From positions 64,551 through 128,550 of the forward strand of contig JBARNH010000048.1 in NCBI GenBank assembly GCA_049802875.1: 64,000 nt of DNA, given 5' to 3'. Numbering within the stretch: position 1 is the stretch's first letter; every line of letters begins with the position of its first letter. Of the stretch, positions 56,902 through 64,000 are shown piece after piece. The stretch comes from Thermoplasmata archaeon. Its GTDB lineage: Archaea > Thermoplasmatota > Thermoplasmata > Lutacidiplasmatales > UBA184. The notes under the pieces were generated by a model, which made no database searches, was not told where the DNA came from, and saw only the letters and a program-made list of their open reading frames with translations. Both the position numbers and the translations under genes were made by a program.

Positions 56902-59380
56902 CTCGGGTCGGGCTCGCCGCGACGTGCGGACCGTTGAGCTGTTCTTCATTGAGGGCTCCTACCAAGCCGTCGACGACGGGGTCGTCGTGGAGCTGTTCGG
57001 TCGCACCCGGGACGGGCTCGCGACCGTCGCGCGGTACTACGGTTTCCGTCCCTACTTCGTCGTCACCGAGCCAACGCCGGAGATCCGCGCCCGCCTCAAG
57101 GCCGACCCCGAGATCATCGAAGTAGAGGACATCGTGACCTGGGTCGCGGGAAAGGACCGGCCGGCCGTCAAAGTGACGCTCCATCGCCCATGGCTGGTCC
57201 CGCAGTATCGAGACCAGTTCCGCCGCGCGGAGGTGGAAGGGAGCGTGCTCGCGTGCGACATCCCGTTCGTCCACCGGTTCCTCTACGACAAACACTTGGG
57301 GCTGACCGTCGCGTTCGAAGCCGAGGACGAGGCCGAGGAGGTTCGCGCCCGGTACACCGTCCCGAACGTGCTGCGGATCGTCACCACCGAAAAGGACATT
57401 CGCCCGACCGAGCCGTTTCGCCCGTCGCTTCGGATCCTGTCGTTCGACATCGAGAACGCGATCCGCGAGCGGACGATCTTCACTATCTGCGGTGTGGCGG
57501 AGGGGGGTGGACGGCCACGGCGGACGTTCCGGCTCGGGGACCCGAACGAACGTGCGATCCTCGAAGAGTTCGTTCGCATCGTCGAAGAGGACGACCCCGA
57601 TGTGATCACCGGGTACAACATCGGCGGGTACGACGTTCCGCTCCTCCTCGAGAGGGCGAAGGCCGTCGGACTCCCGGCGCTTCTCCTCGGTCGGGAACGT
57701 TCGGCCCCCCGAGAGATGGGCGATCGGTTGTGGAAGGTGACCGGACGGGTGGTCGCCGATGCGTGGTGGTCCGCTCGCCAAGAACTGCATCCGAAGCAGG
57801 AGTCGCTCCAGTTCGTCGCCCGGACCCTGCTCGGAGATTCGAAGCTCGACGTCGATCGACGCAATATCGCGGCCGAGTGGGAGCGGGACCGCGACCGGGT
57901 CATGGAGTACTGCGAGCACGACGCCGACCTCGCCCTGCGAATCCTCGTTCGCCTTCGCTCGATGGACAAGGCAGCGGACCTCGCTACGGTCGCCCATCTG
58001 CCACTCGAAGAGGGACTGAACGGACGGACCTCTCTCTTCGTCGACGCACTGCTTATCCCGCTCGCGGACCAGAAGCACGTCGGAGTTCTTCCGACGCATC
58101 GCACGGGCCGCGACGCCCCTATCGAGGGGGGATACGTCCATGCGATCCGGCCGGGGATCTACCGCTGGGTCGTCGTCCTCGACTTCAAGTCGATGTACCC
58201 GTCGATCATCATCGCGCGCAACCTCTGTTTCACCACGCTGTCACCGGAGGGTACGACGGTGGCCCCGTCGGGAGCTCGGTTCCTCTCCCCCGAGATCCGG
58301 CGGGGGATCATTCCGCAGATCCTGAGCGATCTCCTCGCCGACCGCGACCGATTCCGCCAACTCGGCCGCGCTTCCTCGGCGTCGGACCAGCGGACGTACT
58401 ACGACGGGCTGCAGAACGCGGTCAAAGTCCTCATGAACTCGTTCTACGGCGTTCTGGCGTCGAGCTTCTATCGGTTCACGAACAAGGACATCGGCTCCGC
58501 GATCACCGCCTTCGCCCGGGAGGCGATCACGTCGATCATCAAGGACCTCGAGGCCGACGGTCATGAGGTCGTCTACTCGGACACCGACAGCGTCTTCGTA
58601 CGATCGCCCGTCGATACCCTCGAGGGGGCACGGGAGTTCGGCGAGACGACCGCCCGACGGTTCACCCACGAGGGGGTCACGTTCGAGTTCCAGTCCGTGT
58701 TCGAGTCGTTCTTCTCGCACGGGGCGAAGAAACGGTACGTCGGGCGGACGGTCTGGCCCCGGGAGGAGACCGTCATCCGCGGGTACGAGAGCCGACGAAC
58801 CGACGCGTTCGATTTCCAGTCCGAAGCGTTGCTGGAGGTGTTCGACCTAGTCCTCAAGGGGGACACGGACGGAGCGGTGCGCCGTTCGCGGGAGCTCGTC
58901 CAGTCGGTCCGAGAGCACAGCGTGCCGGTCGAGCGATTGGTGATCTCGCGCAGCGTCCGCGCCGAGAGCGAGTACAACGCTTCCACTCGAGACGCCCTGC
59001 CGTTCCTTCGGGTCTTCCGACAACTCCAGAAGGAGGGGTACGACGTCATCCCGGGCATGCGGGTCTCCTGGATCGTCACCAATTCCCGGATCAGCCCTCA
59101 GGAAGTGGAGCCGTGGATCGACGGGCGGGCGTTCCTCAAGGAGCCGGACTGGGAGTACTACGCCGACCGGGTCGCCCAAACCTTGGCGCGGGTCACCGAG
59201 GTTTTCGATTGGGACGCGGCCGCCTTGCTCCGGGGTAGCCATCAGCAGCGGCTCGCCGGGCCCGAGTCGAGCGGCGGGGCGGCCGGCGCCCCGCGAGCCA
59301 CCCTCGACACGCCGCTGGCCGATGTCGCGAAGTCCGGTCGACGGCGAACGACCAACCGAAACTTGAGCGAGTGGGACTAG
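56849..59380 (+). CDS. polB: DNA polymerase family B (PolB), intein-free
   Basis: Exo motifs (FDIE, …YNIGGYD…), polymerase motifs KxxxNSxYG (KVLMNSFYGVL) and YxDTDS (YSDTDSVFV). An alternative GTG start at ~56924 would remove the 53-nt overlap with udg. Confidence 0.95.
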   Translation: MSTHSAAGSPVAPRNPFNSGRARRDVRTVELFFIEGSYQAVDDGVVVELFGRTRDGLATVARYYGFRPYFVVTEPTPEIRARLKADPEIIEVEDIVTWVAGKDRPAVKVTLHRPWLVPQYRDQFRRAEVEGSVLACDIPFVHRFLYDKHLGLTVAFEAEDEAEEVRARYTVPNVLRIVTTEKDIRPTEPFRPSLRILSFDIENAIRERTIFTICGVAEGGGRPRRTFRLGDPNERAILEEFVRIVEEDDPDVITGYNIGGYDVPLLLERAKAVGLPALLLGRERSAPREMGDRLWKVTGRVVADAWWSARQELHPKQESLQFVARTLLGDSKLDVDRRNIAAEWERDRDRVMEYCEHDADLALRILVRLRSMDKAADLATVAHLPLEEGLNGRTSLFVDALLIPLADQKHVGVLPTHRTGRDAPIEGGYVHAIRPGIYRWVVVLDFKSMYPSIIIARNLCFTTLSPEGTTVAPSGARFLSPEIRRGIIPQILSDLLADRDRFRQLGRASSASDQRTYYDGLQNAVKVLMNSFYGVLASSFYRFTNKDIGSAITAFAREAITSIIKDLEADGHEVVYSDTDSVFVRSPVDTLEGAREFGETTARRFTHEGVTFEFQSVFESFFSHGAKKRYVGRTVWPREETVIRGYESRRTDAFDFQSEALLEVFDLVLKGDTDGAVRRSRELVQSVREHSVPVERLVISRSVRAESEYNASTRDALPFLRVFRQLQKEGYDVIPGMRVSWIVTNSRISPQEVEPWIDGRAFLKEPDWEYYADRVAQTLARVTEVFDWDAAALLRGSHQQRLAGPESSGGAAGAPRATLDTPLADVAKSGRRRTTNRNLSEWD

Positions 59381-59381
59381 C

Positions 59382-60371
59382 CTACGGTCCGGCGGACGGG
59401 GCGAGGGCTTCCGGCGGGGCTCCCGCGGTCTCGCCCCGCAAGGCGAGCAGTGCTCCGGCCACGGCGATCGGTATCCCGAGAATCCCGATCCATGGGATCG
59501 CGATCCCGAGCACCCCCCACGAGAGCAGCGCGGCGAACACCGGGATCCCGGTCATCATCATCGGGGGAATGACGAGACCGGTCCGCCGTATCGACTCGAA
59601 GTAGAGGATGGGAGCGAGGAAGAAGCTCGTGGCGCCCGTCACCAGGAGTATGAGGACGGGAATCGGCGTGACGTCGACGAGTCCGGCGGCGCCTCCCGGG
59701 AGTAAGGGGACGATCGCGATGCCGACCAACCCCGAGACCAACATTGAGTGTGCGACCACCGCACTCGGCGGGCTGCGCTCGTTCTCGAGGGCCGTGGAGA
59801 GGAAGAACACCGCGACCGTGAGCGGGATCGCGACGAGCACCAAATACCCCAGCCCGTGGAGCGCGCTGAGGCCCTGGTTTCCGACGATCGCGAGGCCACC
59901 GCCGACCACGCAGAGCCCCATGCCCGTCCACAAGACCGGCGAGCCGAAGCGCCCTCGATAGGCGGAGACCCAGAGCGCGACGACAATCGGCGTCAGGACC
60001 ACGTCCCCGATCAACGACAGGAGCGACGTGTCGACCGGTCCGGCGAGATAGGTGGAGGCGAGGACCGATAACTGCATCCCTACGAGGAGGGCGATCCGGA
60101 AGTACGCGGCCGGCTGACGAAACAATCGCAGCAGCGCCCCGCCGTGTCCCTCGCGCCAGCACCAGAGCGCGTAGAGCGCACCTCCAAAGAGGAACGGATA
60201 GACGAACACCGCCGACGGCCGAGTCCCCGGGGTAATGCCGAGGACGAAGATGTAATAGGAAGACCACAGGAGAGCGGCCAAGAGCGGAAGGCCGACGGCC
60301 GCTGCGACGTAGCCTCGATGCAGCGGCACGGGTCGCTCACCGAACTCAGTTGGATAATCGTTTGGTCCCAA
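59382..60371 (-). CDS. EamA/DMT-superfamily membrane transporter
   Basis: About 10 TM helices in two repeated halves. Confidence 0.7.
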   Translation of the reverse strand: MGPNDYPTEFGERPVPLHRGYVAAAVGLPLLAALLWSSYYIFVLGITPGTRPSAVFVYPFLFGGALYALWCWREGHGGALLRLFRQPAAYFRIALLVGMQLSVLASTYLAGPVDTSLLSLIGDVVLTPIVVALWVSAYRGRFGSPVLWTGMGLCVVGGGLAIVGNQGLSALHGLGYLVLVAIPLTVAVFFLSTALENERSPPSAVVAHSMLVSGLVGIAIVPLLPGGAAGLVDVTPIPVLILLVTGATSFFLAPILYFESIRRTGLVIPPMMMTGIPVFAALLSWGVLGIAIPWIGILGIPIAVAGALLALRGETAGAPPEALAPSAGP

Positions 60372-60392
60372 CGGCGGTCGAGGTCGCTCCGG

Positions 60393-61445
60393 TTAGGAGT
60401 AACCGGCGTACGCGAGGCGCCGCGAGGGTACGGTGACCCCGGACCCTCGGTCCACATGGCCGATGCGTACAGCGTCGGGAGCTCCGGCACGCGCCAGTCG
60501 ACGTCGGGTGTCGGCGAGGTGCTGCGGCGCAACGACGACCGCGAATCCGATCCCCATGTTGAACGTCTGAAACATCTCCTCGTCGGAGATCGCGCCCAGC
60601 TGCTGCAACCACCGGAACAGGGGAGGCGGTTCCGGCCACCCATCCAGGACGAACTCGACCCCCGGATGCAATCGGACGAGGTTCCGGACGCCCCCGCCGC
60701 TGAGGTGGGCGAGGCCGTGGATCTCTGACAGGGCGGCGACCGCGTCCGCGGTCTTCGAATAGATCCGGGTCGGTGCGAGAAGCTCGACCCCTACCGGAGT
60801 CGTGGCGTCGGCTCGAGGTCGCCCGAGGTCCACGGCCGCCTCGTCGAGCAGCTTCCGAACGAGAGTGAAACCGTTGGCGTGCAAACCGTTCGAAGGAATC
60901 CCCAGGACGACATCCTTCGGTCGGATGCGCTCTCCCGTGACGGGGGAACGCCCCCTCGGAAAGAAACCGAACGCGGTGCCGCCGAGATCGACCGCTTGCA
61001 CGATCGACGGAACGACTGCGGACTCGCCTCCCAACAGCGCACATTCGGCGGCCCGGAGACCGCGGTCAATGCCGCGGCCGATCGCTCGGAAGATCGCAGG
61101 GTCCGGTCGGGGGCAAAGGACCGTGTCGACCAGTCCGGCCGCTCGGGCTCCGACGGACGCGAGGTCATTGACGTTCACCCCGACTACGTCCTCTCCGACC
61201 TCCTCCCACCGTCCGACCGACGCGGCGAGGAGCGTCTTCGTACCGACCGTATCCGTAGTGATCGCGATGGTCTCGCGACCGATCCGGACCAGACCCGCAT
61301 AGTGACCGGGGCGGTCGACCGGTCGACCGTGAGTCGGCGGGGGACGGTATCGGACGGCACCGAGCAGCTCCGCTAAGGCGGCGGATACAGCGGAACGGTC
61401 GACCCCACTTTCCGCGTAGGTCGAGCGCGAACGTGGGGCCCTCAC
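60393..61445 (-). CDS. purM: Phosphoribosylformylglycinamidine cyclo-ligase (AIR synthase) PurM
   Basis: …YAESGVD… N-terminus, …DTVGTK…, and the PurM C-terminal domain. Start is GTG at 61443-61445; the upstream 145 aa of ORF 60393..61880 are discounted. Confidence 0.9.
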   Translation of the reverse strand: MRAPRSRSTYAESGVDRSAVSAALAELLGAVRYRPPPTHGRPVDRPGHYAGLVRIGRETIAITTDTVGTKTLLAASVGRWEEVGEDVVGVNVNDLASVGARAAGLVDTVLCPRPDPAIFRAIGRGIDRGLRAAECALLGGESAVVPSIVQAVDLGGTAFGFFPRGRSPVTGERIRPKDVVLGIPSNGLHANGFTLVRKLLDEAAVDLGRPRADATTPVGVELLAPTRIYSKTADAVAALSEIHGLAHLSGGGVRNLVRLHPGVEFVLDGWPEPPPLFRWLQQLGAISDEEMFQTFNMGIGFAVVVAPQHLADTRRRLARAGAPDAVRIGHVDRGSGVTVPSRRLAYAGYS

Positions 61446-61530
61446 GCCCGGCCGGAGTGGTACGGACGGACTTAGCCTCGCCCGACTAGTGGGAACGTCT
61501 TCTTTATCGCGACGTACGTGCCGCCTTCCG

Positions 61531-62895
61531 ATGGTGCCGCCCCCGGCCCGCCGCCATCGTTCGGAACCCGCCGAACCCGTGGACGTCACTCCCGCCTCCG
61601 TCCTCGCCGGGCGCGCCTTCGTTCGCGGGAAGCTCCAACCGGTGGAGATCGCCATCGGCGACGACGGGCGGATCCTCTCGGTGGGAAAAGTACGCACGGG
61701 AGCCCCGCGCCACGATGTCGGGGATGCGGTGATCCTTCCGTCGGCGACCGACCTGCACGTCCATTTCCGCGACCCGGGGGGCTCCGAGGACGTCGAGAGT
61801 TTCGCGAGCGGGACGGTGGCGGCGGCGCTCGGGGGCGTCGGACTCGTGGGGGACATGCCGAACACCGCCCCACCCGTCACCGACCTGGATACGCTCGAGC
61901 GGAAGGCGGCGCGCGTGCGTGGTCGCGCGGCGATCGACGTCCTTCTCTACGCGAGCCCTCGGTACCCGAGGGAGCGGGGCCCGCTCGCTCACGCCGCCGG
62001 CGGGTTCAAAGTGTATCTCAGTCCCACACCGGGCATCGATGATCCCCCGAAGATCAGCGAGGTGGCCGCCCTCCTCGCCCAACTGTCCGTTCTCGGACTC
62101 CCGGTGTCGGTCCATGCCGAGGATCCGGGGGAGTTCTACGGTCCCACCCACCCTCGAGACCCCGTGGAGTGGAACCAGCATCGACCCCCCAGCGCCGAGC
62201 GCTCGGCCCTGGACAGTTTGCTCGGAGCGCCGTCGGCGCTTCGCTTGCACATCGCCCACGTCACCACGGGTGCGGAAGCGGAGCGGCTCCGCGGGCAGCC
62301 GATCTCGTTCGAGGTGACGCCCCATCACCTGCTCCTCTCCGACCGCTCGGGAACGGATGCCCGATGGAAGGTCAACCCTCCCCTGCGCCCCGAAGCCGAC
62401 CGCGCAGCGTTGTGGGAGGCGTTTCGCCGGGGCGATGTTCCCTGCCTCGCGAGCGACCACGCCCCACACTCGACCTCCGACAAGGCCCTTCCGTTCGATC
62501 GCGCCCCGAGTGGGGTCCCCGGCGTCGAGACGATGCTCCCGCTGATGCTCGCTCGAGTCCGGGCGAGCGAACTCGACCTCGGGACCCTGGTCCGCGCGGC
62601 GTGTGACCTCCCGGCCCGGTGGCTCGGCCAACCGTGCGGTCGGATCGCCGCCGGTCACCGGGCCCATCTCCTCGTCGTGGATTTCCGTACGCGGACGACC
62701 CTCTCGGGTCGTCGTCTCCATAGTCCGTGCGGCTGGACCCCGTTCGAAGGTTCGGAGGCGATCCTCCCCCGAGAACACTACCGCGACGGGGTCCGTATCG
62801 TGGAGGACGGGGAGTTTGTCGGGGGGACCTCGGGGACCGTAGTCCGCCCGGACTTCGCGCTCCCGGCGACCCGGCGAGAACCCTGGTGGGAATAG
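61531..62895 (+). CDS. pyrC: Dihydroorotase (cyclic amidohydrolase)
   Basis: …ATDLHVHFRDPG…, a Lys-carboxylation region, and …HIAHVTT…, …ASDHAPH… metal ligands. The start is either ATG 61531 or GTG 61579. Confidence 0.8.
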   Translation: MVPPPARRHRSEPAEPVDVTPASVLAGRAFVRGKLQPVEIAIGDDGRILSVGKVRTGAPRHDVGDAVILPSATDLHVHFRDPGGSEDVESFASGTVAAALGGVGLVGDMPNTAPPVTDLDTLERKAARVRGRAAIDVLLYASPRYPRERGPLAHAAGGFKVYLSPTPGIDDPPKISEVAALLAQLSVLGLPVSVHAEDPGEFYGPTHPRDPVEWNQHRPPSAERSALDSLLGAPSALRLHIAHVTTGAEAERLRGQPISFEVTPHHLLLSDRSGTDARWKVNPPLRPEADRAALWEAFRRGDVPCLASDHAPHSTSDKALPFDRAPSGVPGVETMLPLMLARVRASELDLGTLVRAACDLPARWLGQPCGRIAAGHRAHLLVVDFRTRTTLSGRRLHSPCGWTPFEGSEAILPREHYRDGVRIVEDGEFVGGTSGTVVRPDFALPATRREPWWE

Positions 62896-62911
62896 AATCG
62901 CGTCGGAGAGG

Positions 62912-63619
62912 TCAGGGGTCCCTCGTCGGAGGGAGGGTCTCACCAGACGGTGGCCCGCGCGCTGCGGGCACTCGGCGTGGCCCGTGCCGAGGGGGCCAAC
63001 CCGGTGCGAGGGTCCCCGTGGCGAGCAACACGAGGTAGACCGCCGTCACGACGATCACGACGATGAGCGCGATGTCGATCGGCAGGAAGTAGCGAGAGAC
63101 TTCGCGCCAGTTCGACCCGAGCAGGATGCCGGCGTACAGCAGCGCGAGGGTCCAGGGCGTCGAACCGACCAGGGTGTACACCCCAAACCGGAACGGCGCC
63201 ATCCGGGCGGTGCCGGCCGGGTAGCTGATGTAGCTGCGAACGCCGGGGACGATCCGCGACACCGCCACCGTCGTCTCCCCATGCCGCGCGAACCACGCAT
63301 CCATCTGCTCCAATTGCCCGGACCGGATTCGAAGATAGCCGACCCCCAACCCGACGAGCCGACTCCGCCACCATCGGCCGACGGCGTAGGCAGCAAACGA
63401 GCCGAGGAGACCCCCCACGAGCGCGGCGGCGATCGTGCCTCCGAGGGGAAAGGTGCCGTCCGCCACCAGAAACCCGGCAAACGGGAGGATGAGCTCGCTC
63501 GGGATCGGCGGGATCCCGAAGCTCTCGACCGCCATGAGGGCGAGCAGCCCCGGCAATCCCACGGTCGCCAAAGTGAGGGTGATCCATTCGACCAGGGTAC
63601 CGATGAGGGAGAAGGTCAC
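62912..63619 (-). CDS. DedA/SNARE-associated (TVP38) family membrane protein
   Basis: …ESFGIPPIPSELILPFAGFL… is the DedA signature; 4-5 TM helices. Confidence 0.85.
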   Translation of the reverse strand: MTFSLIGTLVEWITLTLATVGLPGLLALMAVESFGIPPIPSELILPFAGFLVADGTFPLGGTIAAALVGGLLGSFAAYAVGRWWRSRLVGLGVGYLRIRSGQLEQMDAWFARHGETTVAVSRIVPGVRSYISYPAGTARMAPFRFGVYTLVGSTPWTLALLYAGILLGSNWREVSRYFLPIDIALIVVIVVTAVYLVLLATGTLAPGWPPRHGPRRVPAARGPPSGETLPPTRDP

Positions 63620-63656
63620 GGTCCGACGATCCCTCCGCCGTTCGACGCGGGGGCGT

Positions 63657-63911
63657 TCACGAATGGGTGGGCTCGTCGAAGATCAGGCGGAACGGTTCTC
63701 GAAGGCGCGCGTTGGTCCTCGCCGGAATTCCCTCGAAGTCGAGGGGATTCTTGCATCCCCCGCACGCGACGGAGGGGCGTCGTCGGCCGAGCGCGATCGA
63801 GAGCGCGATCCCGACCTCGATCTCGCGCGGACGCCCGGTCGACTGACTGACGGCGAGACGGAGCCCTTCGAGCAACTGCTCCTCGTCGGAGGGAGAGGAC
63901 CCGGGAGTCAT
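63657..63911 (-). CDS. Hypothetical small protein (84 aa) with CGGC motif
   Basis: An ATG ORF with moderately protein-like composition (…VACGGCKNPLDFEG…). No family recognised. Confidence 0.3.
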   Translation of the reverse strand: MTPGSSPSDEEQLLEGLRLAVSQSTGRPREIEVGIALSIALGRRRPSVACGGCKNPLDFEGIPARTNARLREPFRLIFDEPTHS

Positions 63912-64000
63912 CGAAAGTAACGACCGGGTGCGGGTTCTTAAGCAGCGGGGTCGGCGGGAGACCCGGGCGGTCCGGCTAGGGGTTCGCGGGGGGTTTCTTA

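Noticed and set aside
1-64000. CRISPR arrays, rRNA genes, transposases or integrases, prophage genes
   Set aside because: I saw no direct repeats regularly spaced with unique spacers. No rRNA-like conserved segments. No DDE or tyrosine-recombinase-like ORFs among the protein-like frames.

Overview
This window is a densely coded, very GC-rich stretch (roughly two-thirds G+C by eye) from an archaeal chromosome. The protein content points to a euryarchaeon-like organism.

Markers supporting that call:
- The archaeal exosome superoperon: psmA, SBDS, rrp4, rrp41, rrp42, L37Ae, rpoP.
- A truncated S12-S7-EF-2 block.
- Family-B DNA polymerase next to a family-4 uracil-DNA glycosylase.
- aSUI1, archaeal-type GlyRS, Trm1, RadB, Ogt, a THEP1 NTPase and a COG1395 regulator.
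- A tRNA-Trp(CCA) interrupted by a ~90-nt intron, and a tRNA-Ala(UGC).

I call about 60 protein genes on both strands. These include an Fe/cobalamin-type ABC importer, an ABC-2 exporter, two divergent MFS transporters, purQ, purM, pyrC, moeA, a lone uvrB, an Lhr-type helicase, a beta-CASP RNase and many hydrolases.

Because of the GC content, almost every real gene has long Arg/Pro/Gly-rich shadow ORFs on other frames; I rejected those. Adjacent genes very often overlap by 4 nt (ATGA/GTGA), which indicates translational coupling. I found no CRISPR array, rRNA, transposase or integrase.

Most notable observations:
1. A GcvH-like (lipoyl-Lys replaced by Arg) + TusA-like fusion protein beside a tandem rhodanese, a possible sulfur-relay module.
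2. An ABC-importer ATPase carrying a ~200-aa C-terminal Rossmann-like extension.
3. The tRNA-Trp intron, which is complementary to anticodon-loop positions 34 and 39 (box C/D-guide-like).
4. A low-GC island of nested CTACTAC/GTAGTAG hairpins between ogt and EF-2.
5. Two apparent frameshifted genes.
6. An EF-2 whose P-loop reads AHIHHGKT (Asp to His).
7. A translationally coupled coiled-coil protein / P-loop kinase pair.

Coordinates I derived by hand may be off by 1-3 nt.
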